Positions 36,706-50,178 of a DNA stretch of 64,000 bases are shown here, piece by piece. The DNA is from Lepidodermella squamata. Lineage: Eukaryota > Animalia > Gastrotricha. Positions within the stretch are counted from its first letter, which is position 1, and each line of letters begins with the position of its first letter. Both the position numbers and the translations under genes were made by a program. Under the pieces are notes generated by a model. It did no database searches and was not told the origin of the DNA. It saw only the letters and a list, made by a program, of their open reading frames with translations. Location of the stretch: positions 1 to 64,000 of the forward strand of contig JBLDXI010000024.1 of NCBI GenBank assembly GCA_047495785.1. Direction: 5' to 3'.

Positions 36706-37705
36706 ATAAGGCAGCTGATTTATATACTACCAGCCCGGTTTCGAGGTCTGATACGAGGGTGGCTGCCGCGTTTGCGTTATCGCCTCGCGCCTTTAATAGA
36801 CTCGAGCTAGCGGAATTTATCTTTCTTAGCTGTGAGTTCCCACGATAACTTCAAAAATTAGCCTGTGCCACGTTGCCAGTGTTGTTTGCGATTTCCGCAG
36901 GTCACCGCCGAAACCGGCGCCACTTCCTCATTGTTAGTTTTCGTAGAATTCGGAATTCAGACGGTTCTCCCTACAACTTTACTTTTTACAACCGATCGTG
37001 CGAGTCTTTCGACCAAAGATATTCCTTATTTACGGGAATTACTCGCGAAAATCTCTTTTTTTATTGTCTTGCAAGGATTTTCGCGACCTCCCTGGTCAAT
37101 TTACCTTTGTTCGACTTGGCTCGTGCGTCGTCGGTTGTTTCATCATGTCAAAGACTGCACTAAGACTGCTTGCGATACTGCTTGCTTTTTAGCATCATTC
37201 ATTTATGATCTCCCACCGCATCACCAACCGGCTCGCCCGATGCATGTCGCGCGAACCGAGAAAAAATCAATGCGTCGTTACTGCGACTACTCCACGAGCT
37301 GCAATCGAGCTTTTGTCAAACAACGCGATTGGCGATGTCTTCGGTGCAGAATGTATTAAAGCAAATAAAAACATCCACGCCTGCCATCCACCAGTGAGTA
37401 GAAGCAAATAGCGATTGCTTGTTGAGCTTGGCGGTCAATACAGCTCGTAATCGCGCATAGATTTTTTTCAATCACACAGAAAAAAACGACAAAAAACGCA
37501 AGGCATCTAGTGAATTATTTATTTAGTCAGCAATCATATGTAGGTATATTTCAAAATTTGAACAGCGGTTTATGCCTCGTCAGAAGTACAGTGCGGCGCA
37601 TTGCGCAAAATAGCAGTTTTTCACTCAAAGAAAAGGCGGGTTAACAAAAAATACGTTGCTTTCATAATTTGAGCATAAAATTCGAATAAATAGATCACGC
37701 TTCTC

Positions 37706-38702
37706 TCAATTAGGGTTCGAAATTATCTGCTTGTAGTGAGATGCACAACCCAAACGGCAGTTGTAGAAAATCGTTCGTTGATTCGATGCACCCAGGAAAC
37801 TGTACGTAATAGTAGCGCTGTAAAAAATTCACCATTTTAAGTAAACCAAATATCGAAATTATCAAAATAATTACTTGATATCCAGCGTAATATACGGGAA
37901 ATCTGGCTCGTCTTTGACATATTGCAAGCTAAACATTGAATCGCAAAACATTTCCGGATAACATCAAAACAAAAAAGAGCCTTACATAAGATAGTTGTTG
38001 AACGGATCGGCATCTGCATCTTGCCTTGTGTCGAAAGAAATCGTGAAATCGACCGGAAGGCTTTCCAATGTTCGCATTGGAATCCTGTGGCCTACCGGAA
38101 AGGTGTGGTCATAACTTCCCAAATAACTAACGATGTACGAGGATGCTCGGGCTTGCTTGCGAATGTGCTTCGCGAAAAGTTGGATGCGGCTTATTTCAAT
38201 CGGGAAGAAATTCTCGTTATCAATGTTGAGACTTTCCTATTCAAATAAAAAAGCAACAAGTTGTTTTGTATTAATTGTCTCATTTCTTAAATTACGGAGA
38301 AAGACACATTTAACCGATAGCGATCGGACACACTTTGGAAGTTTTCCAAAGTTACGCGATTCGGCTGGCGGATCGTATCGGATTCTTCACTTTGCAGGCT
38401 GACGTTGCGAGGAACCAGCAGGAAAATGGTAATAAGGGCGAAAATCAGCGCAAAAATTGAAAATCCAGTTATAAAGATGAGCCCTCTATGAAACATTACT
38501 TCAGTAGGGGCGTTGCATAATAGCAGCAAACTTACGCTCGCTGTTGCCCCGAAGTCTTCCTATTTTGGAAGAGCGGAGTCAGATCTAAAAAAAATAATCT
38601 CTGGACCGCGGATCAGAGCAGGATTAACACCATACCATCACAAGAAGATAAGTAGTCTACCCCTCTGACTGTTTTTGTTAACGCTTTCGGCTTCCCTGTC
38701 AT
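37706..38702 (-). CDS. TMEM106-family paralog with shortened cytoplasmic N-terminus (mostly missed by the ORF track)
   Basis: Six short exons: MTGKPK..CD|DLTPLF..|GLIFITG..FLLVPRNV..|ESLNIDNENFFPIEI..FNNYL|..PYITLDI|NATITYSFLG..RLGC..PN*. Collinear with the neighbouring TMEM106. Confidence 0.78.
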
Positions 38703-39031
38703 TACATTTATAAGGCAACCTATGCTTACGAAGAACAAACGCGACCTGATATCAAAGTTTTTTACAGTGAATTTATTCATTTTTTCAATATTTCTCGTTA
38801 ACAAAATTAAAGCTTCGAATCTGGAACCGGCATGCTCGACCCGAAATCAGCTTACATTGGTTCTTTCAAGCCGAAAAAAATTGAATCTTGAATCAAAGGT
38901 CATAGACAATACTTGATCGATAAAACTGTTGTTATTGCTAGGCCAAAAACATGTATAGAAAGAAAGACGATAGCGAGAAGCGCATGTTCAGCTTAACAAA
39001 ATATCAGCTGCGGTTTTCAACGCTTGATGCG

Positions 39032-40193
39032 TTATAGATGGGTTGGCAAATTAGGAATCGTTATAATCGGCGGAGTTGTGGAAGGCGGCGCAGAGGTGGT
39101 CGGATAGGTGGATATCGTATCGTCGTACGGGTAGCAACCTATGTGACGGTCATAGGATAACGTTTGATGCTGGATGTTTCCCAAATATGAATAGTAAACA
39201 GTCGCGCTAGAAAATAAGAGCAACGATTGACTGGATAATTTCAAATATCGGGTAATTACTTCATAACCAAAGTAATATACGACCAAACGGACGGGTTCTC
39301 CATGCACATACGTCTGCGAAAATAAATACGGACTCCATTATTTAATGTATTAAAGTTAAATGAAAACCTACATAAGATAAGTATTGAATCCCTCGCGGCT
39401 ATCGTCAAGCCGGCTGTCCAAAGTTATCGATAGCCCTGACAGGATAATTTCCGAACTCCTAAGTTGGACTTGCCTGCCGTCTAGACTAGAGTTGTCATAC
39501 TTCAGCAACAAAGTAAGAACCAATGATCCGTCTCTCTGCTGAGCGGCGTGGTTCACTTCAATTTCCATTCGAGTCACATCCACAGGAAAGAAATTATCAT
39601 TGAGCACCGACACCGGTTCAGTCCAACTTATGTTCATTCTGTACTTAGGATCCTCGAATGGCGCTTTGAACTCTTCCAGGGTGACGTTGAACGGCTCCAA
39701 AACACGGTCAATCATCAAAGAATCAATGTTGATCGATCGCGGAATAATGAAAAATAGTATAAGCCCCGCAATTAGCGCACAAGCCACGATGGTCACAAAT
39801 ATAACCAACCAACTACAAAAATGACTTTAAGCTCCTCTGCTAAATTAAGGTTCAAATCTCACGTTCTACGAGGCTTCAGGCGCTGGTCAGATAATGGGAT
39901 GATGGCAACCAATTCTAAATTGAACAAAGATTACAAAAAAATCAACTGGTTTACAGCTGTGTCGTACCATCTTCCTGGTCACGAGAAACTCGGCCAAGGC
40001 CACGGCACGTTGGGCATGTCATTGAATTTTTCATCAGCTCTTCGTATTGGCACTCCGCGTTTGCAGCTGCGTTATTCGCCGAGCTGGGACGATGGCCAGT
40101 ATTGCTGCTTGAAGGCCCATCGTTATTCGTAACTGTCTCATTTATCGCACCATAAGCAGAATGGCTATTCCTTGTTGGTAGTGCTTGTCCCAT
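39032..40193 (-). CDS. TMEM106B: TMEM106B-like lysosomal type II membrane protein
   Basis: MGQ.., TCPTCRGLGRV, ELVAIIPLSDQRLKPRRT, TM ending FFIIPRSI, NDNFFPV, IRMC..YITLVMNATVYYSYLG..HIGC. Confidence 0.88.
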
Positions 40194-41183
40194 TATTAAA
40201 ATTCTATCAGAAATCATACAAATTAATTATGATAAAAATAGGCAGCGTTCAGCCAGCGAATTAGCGTCAGTGAAACACTTATAAAGCCAGCTCGTTCTCT
40301 CAGAAAGCGCTCTTTCGTCAACAAGACCTACTGATAGCGAAAAATTGAACTCTTAGCAGCCTACAACGGCAATTAGATGGCCGTGTTTTTCGTGGAGAGC
40401 GCCACATATTGTGCGCTTGAAAATTTGGATATTGACAAACCAGTAACGTTGCACCAATCCTTAGAAGATATTCACAACGAACAAAAATGGCTATTCGAAC
40501 ATTCGAACAAAAATGGAAAAGAGCGCAAAAACTTTGTTATTATGTTTTTGAAGTACTCAAAATCTACAAAACTTCAAACAATTATTTCAACACATTCATA
40601 CCTAAAATCACATAAAACCAAAAAATGAACCGCATCGTACAATGGAAACTTTACACGGGCTATCGGCTATCGCATAATCAGTATTGTTTTCTAGATGCTA
40701 AGATGGGTCCGCTTTGATTCCGAATATAAATATTATTATTCTTAAGGCGGCGCTGCGGTTAACGACCTAGACTTCACCACATAATAATGAACACGTATTT
40801 TCAACTGAACCTAGACTCAAATCCCATAAATGTTGAATTTTGCATGTATCGTCGTCTAATAAGCAATTAAGTCTAATAAGCTTAACTCGTTTCATAAGAC
40901 AATCAGGCTCAATTGGTGAGCATAACATTACCTTCCCGGATAAATTAAGTTTTAAACAACCACCTCGATTGATAGCGTCAAACACTGTTAAAAAAACATT
41001 TTTATGCGCCGTATTTCAATTAGCGAAAAATTAAATTCTGTTATGGTGAAGTCATTATCATTTGGGCGAAATAAAAGGGAGACGCGGCCATGAAAATTAC
41101 TCTCGAACCTCGTCAGGGTTGAGCTCTCAACATTTTACTATTTGATATGATCGGCATTGCAGCAGATTGAACTAGGTTTTTAA

Positions 41184-42900
41184 GCAGATTGGCAAAAATT
41201 GGTGACGATCGGCATTCACATCCAATTTGAAACACTTCCACTTCTTCTAACTTGATACAATGCTGAGGGATTTCGAGGGATGAACTTTGTGGGCTTGAAA
41301 CATCCGAAGTGCTTAAACTGCCGAAAACGAAAATATAGACCAGAGCAACAAATAAGAAACATCTTCATCAACTACAATCTAATATTTGCAAGAACCGAAT
41401 CGTAACAGCATACTTCATATGGAAGATGGACGATGTCAAGAGCTTGTGACATGCACGGTGTCCGGCAAAACCTCTCCGGAAACCGCCGATATTAACCTCA
41501 TCAAAAGAAAATCCAACCACCTCACAGAAAAGATGAAGGCTCAAGGTGCGAGAATGCAATTTTTGGTAAATTGATAAGGTTGCAACTTTGATGCGGCGAC
41601 GGCGATGAACGATCATTGTGCTCAAGATGAAGATCGAACGTTATGCAGATAGCCGAGAGGTGTTTTAATTTCCGGAAATTCAGACCTGTCTGGAGTCTAG
41701 AGTTATGGGAGGAAAATAAAAAATAAAGGAAAATAATGTTTCAAGACGTTCTAGCCATAAGTTGTCCATAGGCCTCAACTCTTTAGAGAGGCATCAACTT
41801 CGGCACATGCATTCATACGAACTCGAGTTTGAGCCCAGCATCGGAATAAAGCTGGATAGTTCAAACTATTTAGCCCGCCCAATTGAACTCAAGGCAACTA
41901 AGACCGATAACTCGGCTTACGTTAATATTTCGTTGTTGGGTAGGATTGGCCTATTCATAGATCACTGCGTTCTCTATGGGCCTATTATAGCTAGCAGAGT
42001 CGCAAAGGACGGCTTAGCTATGCCTATTTCACGTTTCGTGTCACCTGTACACCATCGACTACAGATTACCGATGTGGAGCCAAAGTTCCCAGAAGAACTA
42101 GGCCATCGAATAAATGCTTATACTTTTGAAGATATCGTTCACTCAGAAAAATTCAATATCCGCAGTCAGCAAGCGGATGATCGTAGATGGCTGTCCCCGA
42201 GCAACCCAGTGGGGTTACGACGGGCCACGTGTGTACCCTTAAGCGCCCACTTCCAGTGCATCCGCGTCGACGGCTCTGGATCATAGCCTTTCCAGCATAC
42301 TTCGTTTGGCACTTGAGACTGCGTATCAAAATCGAGCCTACCTCGCCCGTCACGTAATCAACCAGACATTTTGATGAATCAAACAAGAAAACAGAGAATG
42401 CAAGATGCATGAGGAAGCCAAAGCGTGACCTTAACAGCCAAACTCTGCTCTTCGTGACTCAGCTGACCTGACCGCCTTGTTTTCCATAGTTTTCGCGGCA
42501 AAAGGTTGAAGGACGTTTAACAATTTGTTGATTCGTTTTTTGAAATTAAAATATGTAGATATTAATTTTTATCATATATTGAGAAGATTACACGATTATT
42601 ATAATTGCAGATTATTTTGATGAATTCAGTTTTCAGTATCACTCATCGGACATTTTTTAATACGATTTCTGAGTTGAAAAATGAGATTGCTGTACAGTAA
42701 TATTGGTTAGGGGTTTATATGTCTTTTGTCGTTGTATGTCTTATTATGTGAACACTCCTTGCAATCGTAAAGAAAAAACTTCAGAGAATTGGGCAGCAAT
42801 CGCCACGGTCGACTTAACATTTTTCGTGCTTTCAGTGTCGTGCTTCGTGCTTGTAGTTCTCTTACTTGTAATACTTGTGCAGAGTCGATATGACGCCTGA
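41184..42900 (+). pseudogene. Possible decayed zona pellucida (ZP) domain membrane protein gene
   Basis: Ordered fragments resemble ZP-N (GIHIQFET..FRGMNFVG..HPKC..IFINYN; ILHMED..LVTC), ZP-C (LFIDHCVL; MIVDGCP in a shifted frame; LYVFC) and a C-terminal TM helix, broken by stops and frameshifts. Confidence 0.35.
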
Positions 42901-43837
42901 AGCCTGAAGCCTGAAGCACAGGGTTAGGACTGCTTGACCTGTGGGAAATCGGAATTTTATCAATCTCGACCCCCCTCGTCACAATCGAAATTTTACGGGT
43001 AATCGTTTTTCGATTTGCCGCTTTCACCCATGCTTAAACTATATTCTAGGCATATATGCTGCCGAGTTTAATATTCTGCCAACTGCCAACACTGAACATG
43101 ATTAGCGCTTTGGAAGTCTTTCGTTTTTCTTATGCAAATTACTATTGTCTGCGCTGGGAGCTAAATTTTATAACTAAATCAGTCTCCTTTCAGATTCATG
43201 ATCATGCTGTTGACGAATCAACGGATTATATGCTATCACTAAACACTAATGAAGATATCAGCAGAACAGCTCCGCAATCCCTCATTTCATGAAATGTAGT
43301 CTGGTAAGCGTAGTGATCAATTCGCGGCGAACTCTTCGAATAAATGTGTTTTCCCGAATAAAACATGTAGGTATCATATTCTAAAACCATTGCTTTTACT
43401 TGTTCATAAAAATGCGCGATTGAATTCAGAATACATTTTTAATATCATCAACACGGCAGTAAACCTGACGTATGCATGTTTTGAAGATGAATAAATCTTT
43501 AACGCAAAACAGACGCCAATAAAGTTAAACTAAATCCGTCTAAAATGTATCAAGTAATACAACAGCGAAAAAGGGTACAACAGTAACTTTATTCCTATAA
43601 TAAGACCTCGCAATATTTAATGAACAATAAAGTAAAGAGGTTGAAGCAGCGGGCAGGAGTGTTAGCGTTATATGTATTCAATATAATGGTTTCAGTTTTA
43701 ATTTGTGCCGTAACTTATGACCAAACACGACAAGTGCCGCAAATTGCTGATTGCAATAAAAGAAATTTTTTGATTCATCGGACTAAGATACAGATCATTT
43801 TTGTAGCAGTTTATACCAAACAAAACAAGTCTTGATG

Positions 43838-45311
43838 CTAGTACTCCTGCTTAGAATCATCGGCATCGGCGATAACTGTGTCCTGAGCGATTTCTTCGTA
43901 GTCTTTCTCGAGAACTGCCAGGTCCTCGCGAGCCTCGGCAAACTCGCCCTCCTCCATGCCTTCGCCAACGTACCAGTGGACGAAGGCGCGCTTTGCGTAC
44001 ATGAGATCGAATTTGTGATTGAGCCTAGCCCAAGCTTCGGCGATGACAGTCGAGTTGGTAAGCATGCAAGCAGCGCGCTTGCTCGATGCCATTTCCGACC
44101 CAGGCACCATTGTCGGCGGCTGGTAGTTGATGCCAACCTTGAAACCGGTGGGACACCAGTCGACGAACTGGATCGTGCGCTTAGTCTTGATCGAAGCAAT
44201 AGCGGCGTTGACGTCTTTGGGTACGACGTCGCCGCGGTATAGCAGGCAACAGGCCATGTACTTGCCTCGTCGTGGGTCGCATTTAACCATCTGCGTGTAC
44301 GGTTCGAATAAGTTGTTTGTGATCTCAGCAACAGTCATTTGTTCGTGCGTTGCCTTGTTGCTCGATATGATGGGTGAGAAAGCGGTCAGTGGAAAATGAA
44401 TGCGCGGGTAAGGCACCAAGTTGGTTTGGAATTCAGTCAAATCGACGTTGAGCGCACCGTCGAAGCGCAGGGAGGCGGTGATCGCAGAGATGACCTGTGC
44501 GCACAGCCGGTTCAAATTCGCATAGTACGGCCGTTCGATGTCGAGGTTGCGACGGCAGATCTCATAGATGGCTTCGTTGTCTACCATAAAATCGACATCG
44601 CAATGCTCCATTCTACCAGAAAGAATTAGTCGAATCACTCAATCAATAAAACTGAAAATAACTTACGAAAAATGTGTAGTTAGGATTGAGTTGTAAGGTT
44701 CGACAACCGCTGTTGACACCTGTGGGGCTGGGTAGACGGAGAAGGCCAGCTTTGACTTCTTGCCGTACTCCTGGGCCAATTGTTGCAGCAGGAGAGACGT
44801 AAATCCGGAGCCAGTGCCGCCACCGAACGAATGGAAAACGATGAAACCCTGCAGGCCTGAGCACGATTCGGTCAATTTGCGAATTTTATCCATGACACTG
44901 CCGATGATCTCCTTCCCGACGCTGTAGTGGCCGCGGGCGTAGTTGTTGGCGGCATCCTCTTTCCCGTTGACTAGCCATTCCGGGTGAAACAACGACTTGT
45001 ACTTTCCTCCACGTATTTCGTCCAAGACAGTCGGCTCTTTAGTAAAGTGAAAGTTAACTACTGCCTAAAAAAGCTTCAGGTGGCAAAAACAAACCGAGAT
45101 CAGCGAAAACTGCTCGCGGCACGAATTTGCCGGACTGCGTTTCAGAGAAGAAGGTCTGGAAGGCGTCTTCGCCCGAGCCCGGTCTCTGATCGTCACTTTC
45201 ACTCAAGCGCCCAGCCTCGGAAATGCCATGTTCCATGCAGTAAAGTTCCCAGCAAGCATGACCAATCTGGGCACCAGCTTGACCAACATGGATGTTAACA
45301 GTTTCACGCAT
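43838..45311 (-). CDS. Divergent alpha-tubulin
   Basis: Three exons. [70 protein letters not shown]-terminus ...DADDSKQEY. Confidence 0.96.
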
Positions 45312-46818
45312 GGTTGCGCTTTGTTCTTGCCGTAAAAATCGAAATGCAACTCGACTATAGACAAAGTTGAGCAGAAGGGTAAAAACAACGAAAACAGGTT
45401 TGTTTTAGTTGGCTGCGCACGCGGCGAGTGGCTGCGTGCCTCCATCAGATAGCGATCGGCAATGATTCCCCACTTCGGCGGAAACGATTTATTTACGTTT
45501 GGCCGAGACACAATAACGAGGATGAGCGCGTCGTGTTTATACGCGAATCGGTGGTTGTAATAATGATGATAAATTTCACGGCGCGATACACGCATGACCT
45601 CGAGGGTGACCTTAGTCGAGAACCTCTTAATGCGCGCACAGCGCCAAACAAACAAAATCGAAAGCCAATCGCAATCACAGCTTAATGATCGCTATTAGCG
45701 CGCGTGCCAGCCGCTCTACCAGTAATTATTGTTTTTATTACTAGAGGCGAGTTTTTCGGGATGCGGTCAACAATTACGCAATGGCCAGGTTTGTTTACGC
45801 CTTGGCAACCATCGGCGTAAAGCCCGTTGGGAGTTTGAAACGTTTCAAGTGTTTTACTTGGTTTCATTTATATTATTGTGAAGAAAATATACGTCTAATA
45901 GACCAGATAATTACCATGCTTGAGAAACCAAATGCAAATAAAGCTGCAGTCGTGATCATAAGTTGCGCGGCGATGAGTAAGTAAATAAATAAAACATCGT
46001 TAAGGCGCACATGGCGGGTAATAAAATCGCAATGTAGTTTATGTAGCAGTTTCTCGGCTACCGACCGACTCGAGCGATGAGGCGAGGCGAGGAAGACGCG
46101 CATTCTAGCGACATTCGAGCGACTGCTCTGGGACTGATGGCCGCCGATGAGCCGCGCACGCTCGAATTCGGTTGCGGGCCTGGCGCCGGGCAGTCAACAG
46201 CAGCTGACAAAAATATTGACGACAATTAGCAGCATCAGCCGGTCATGCTGTTTATCGCCGGCATTAGTGGCGCCGGTACTAGAGGCGCCGCGCGCGGCAC
46301 AGCAATAAAACCGAGCCGATGACCGCTGAAATGCGAGGCACGCGCCGGCAAATGCGAGCGCATCACGAGATCGCGTCCAGGGTCTTCACATGCATCTTGT
46401 TTAAACGCGGACTGCAGCAATTTATTTTCAAGTTAAACGTTCGGCTATACCTACGTGTGACATTTGACAACGACTACGACGATCTGTTGCGCCGTGCGCA
46501 TCAGCTAAAATGGTAATAATGTGCGTGACGTGATGAGGGGCCGCTCCTTACTATACTGCTCTTCGCTGTTTACTGTTTGCGAAACAGTAGCCGGCGAAAC
46601 AACACAAGCGCTCTATTTGCCAGTGCCGCGACCTTAAAAAACACGTGTTTTCAATGAACAAAGCGACATCTCATCCGCAAAGTTACTACGGAGTCTCTTT
46701 TCTGAACTTTATTAAAAAAAAAGCTTCTCATTTGCTATAACATTGAACCATTTCCTCGCATCGTTATTCATTCGTCTGACCAGTGTAATTTCGAAGGATT
46801 TTCTCGGCATCGACTAGT

Positions 46819-49800
46819 TTATCCACCCTGCACGGGCTGGCCAGTGCGCGGTCGCGTTACGTTCGGCGGCTCTGGGAAGAGCAGAAACAGATAGCACAGC
46901 AGCGAGAACGATAGCATGCACAGAAAGATTGACAAAATCTGCGCGGGTGCAGAGAAAAAGACAAGTTAATGCTCTGAGATTAATTATAGGCGGCCAGTGC
47001 AACATACCCGATCGACGACCGTGATGTAAATAGTCCAAACGCCGATGCATTCTTTTTTAAGCTCGTGATTCGTTATATGAGTGCTAAAAAATACAAAATA
47101 ATTGGATCAAATATTCAGCACTCGAATAAAATGTTGATCAAAAAAGAGGAAACCGAAAAAATATATCAGCAATAGAAATATTCAGAAAAAGCAGTGTTAG
47201 AAAATAATCTCCAATAACTTACCATTGCTCTCTGATCAAAGGAAGAATGAATCATCATACTCTCTTTTTAGTTGTCTACGATTTTCATTCCGATGGTTTA
47301 GATCAGGCATACCTTATATATCAATGAAACTCTGGCTCACCTTATCTCTTCAACAAAGTTTCGAATGTCATCAACGCGTTTTTTGTCGAGTCGCTCGAGA
47401 AACGGGTCATTGCCGCTCGACCCCCTCGCGTTGCTGCTCGCCTGCTGCTGAGCATCGTTGGCACCGAGATTATTGAAGCTGACGCTCCGTTCAGTCAGCC
47501 CTGGAGAGTCGACAGCTCTAGTCGGGCTCCCGATATGCGGCGTCAAAAACTGCGGGGCCGATGTAAGGGTCGGCGAGCGAGACGTCGCCAACTTGCCGGC
47601 ACTGCTGGCAATATTGCCGACGCTGTTTGCAATTGAGGCAAGATTCTGGCGATGCGAAGCACGGTGGACAGGCGGTGGGCTGCTCATGTTGTTCAGAGAT
47701 GTCTCTGCCTCATCTATGACAACCACCGCCGACTTGCTATCTGCCTGTTCGTTGTAGTTAACATCAACAGCATTGGCTCGAATCGCGGCCCGCAACAGCG
47801 ATTTCGACCGAGGTCTGAAATCTTTGCTGTGGTGGTTCGCTGCATGGATCGCGTTACCTTTTGGCAATGATTTCGAAGCAGGTCTACGTTTGTTGCCCGA
47901 ATGGCGCTTAGCTCGCCTAAGACTGTTAGTAGGCGAACAGAGCTTGCTTGGCCGGCTGCTCGCAGCACTTTTTCTCCTCAGAGAAAACGAATCGCTTGAA
48001 CTATCATGAGCTCCACCGTTAATGTTGAAAGAGTCGTATTTAGGCGGCAAATTGTACGGTGCTGACGTCCTTGATTTGCGATGACCTAGCAACGGTTGAT
48101 GCTCGCTATGATTGTTGAACGAACTTGACAGTTCTAGGTGACTAGGCGGAATGGGGCTTTGAATCGACGGTATATCCTCCTGCGGCACACTTATCGCCGG
48201 CGGAGGCACGATAGATGCGCGGTCCGGAGAGTGCTCGCGGCGTTGAATCAGGTACAACAATGCTTCCAAGTTGGCGTCCTCTTTCGAGGCGCCGAACCCT
48301 CCGATGATGCTACGTGAATTGCGGCGCATTTTGTACTGATAGGCAACAGAAGCCCAGCGCTGGCGTTCGAGCTCGCGCCGCCGTCGCTCGACATTCAGTC
48401 GCTGGTTGAGTCGCTCGTAAACGTAAATGTAATTGCCACGCCAGTAGAGGCCGGCCGAGCCGAGGCCTAGGTAATCGCCCCAACGGTCGACCAAGTAGTA
48501 CCACATGCGAGGCGACGGAACGGTGAGGCCGACCTTCGACAGCCAGTTCATCATTAGGAAGCACTCAATCAACGATAGACCTATCAGGCACATGAGGGCG
48601 TCAACGAAAATCGCCAGCAGTGGAATCGAATCAGAAGAGTGTGGCATTTGCTCGACTATGGACACGTGAAACACAGAGAAGGCGATCTAAAGAGAAATGG
48701 TTTTGAAAGCTCTGATTTCTTCTACAAAAACCTAACAAGTGTCGTAGTGGCAAAATTGATTCGCTCTGGTTCGGTGAATGGCAGCATGTGGGACATCAAT
48801 TGGAGAACGGATAGCGCCACGCATGGAAAGATAGTGTATGTGATGAAGAAGAGCGATTTTCGTTTTAAAAGCATGAAAAAATCGACCCGCGAAAAGTTGT
48901 AGGATTCGTACTATAGAATGTTAAGATTCATTCATTCATTCAAGTTCGGAAAGCCATGCTTGCGACTTACATGAACTATTTCAGTGACAACAAATGCATC
49001 AGGAATTTGCCACTCTGGATTTTGCATGTAATGCTCCGGCTCGATGGTAAAGTTCAAACCGGTTATTCGAACCAACTCAGAGGCATATGCCCAAGACTCA
49101 AATCGGTACTTGCACAGCTGATAATCGAATGGAAAGAATCTGAGAATTTCCGAAGGTTCAACGCAAACTGAGACGTGAAACAACGAGGTCATACCTAAGA
49201 TTGAGCTCGCATCGGGCGAAAATTTTCCCAGCTGGAACGTATAGAATGTCGCCTGTTGCATTGAGAGTGAGCGGGAACCGAGTGTCTCGCGTAACGGCGT
49301 ACACATCGTTGCTATTAATCAGCGCTAAATCAGGCAGCCAGCAATTCGTGGACTCAGTTACAATCCAATCGATGCCCCCGTATTCGCCCGGGTTCCATCG
49401 CAATCGTGCATCGTGCCATTTCTTTAATAAATAATTGACAAAATTCTAATCATGGCCGAAATATGTTGCCCTTACGATTTTAATGAAGCCAGAAACTACT
49501 ATCTCTTGATCTTTTTCGATCTGAAATAAAAATAAATAATGATTATGAAAATGAATCCGGAGATCCTATACCATTTCGTTAATTTGCAGTAGCACCAATT
49601 CGACGGAAACCTCCACAGGAAGCACGTCGGAAACAGCAGGTCGAACTTGTGGATTGTAGCGGCGTTTGTTGAACAGATCGCGAACCAGCGCGGTCTCCCA
49701 TTCATCTAGCGCAAGCACCCAATTTAACTCAAGTTCAAATGTCCCATAGTAAATACTTACAATATGCGTTTTTGCTCGAAGGCTTCGGCGGGGTAGCTAA

Positions 49801-50178
49801 GGGTAACGGGTCAGGTGCAATTGACTGGCTGGTTTGGTCGTAATAAAACGACCCAACCGAATCTAGTTTCGGGGTAGAAGTCGTTGCTACTCGCAAGGAA
49901 GGTGCGTTGGTCAACGAGGCTGCAAGTTGGTTGTTGTTAAACAAGGGCCCCGTCCGCAGATTCAACACATTTCGTCGGGTTGGTGAACGAACAGTTGTCG
50001 TGCGGTTTCGAGCGTTGTAAGGCGACGCTGGATCTGCGGCGGCGAGTTTCCTGCTGCTAGACCTGGAGCTGTCTTTGTTGACCATATTCCGCCCGACAGC
50101 CCGGTTCTGGCTCATAACGCCGCTGGTGGCCAATACTAGCAGGCAGACAAGGGGCAGCAGCGTTTCTCTTACGGCCAT
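46819..50178 (-). CDS. Divergent nAChR/5-HT3-like Cys-loop ligand-gated ion channel subunit R1 (no loop C vicinal Cys)
   Basis: Signal peptide, S/T/P-rich extension, YNPQVRP, WHDARLRW, WLPDLALIN, Cys-loop CELNLRFFPFDYQLC, ESWAY, NPEW, M1-M3 with PERINFATTTL, long intracellular loop, ECIGVWTIYITVVDR|M4, stop at 46819. Confidence 0.9.

Noticed and set aside
36865-37359. 164-aa ORF as a gene
   Set aside because: Non-ATG start, no recognisable motifs or splice structure, and random-looking composition.
42895-42915. GCCTGAA x3 tandem repeat, plus GGT/GAT runs in RIC-3, R3 and acidic exons
   Set aside because: Short slippage or coding low-complexity repeats with no higher-order structure.
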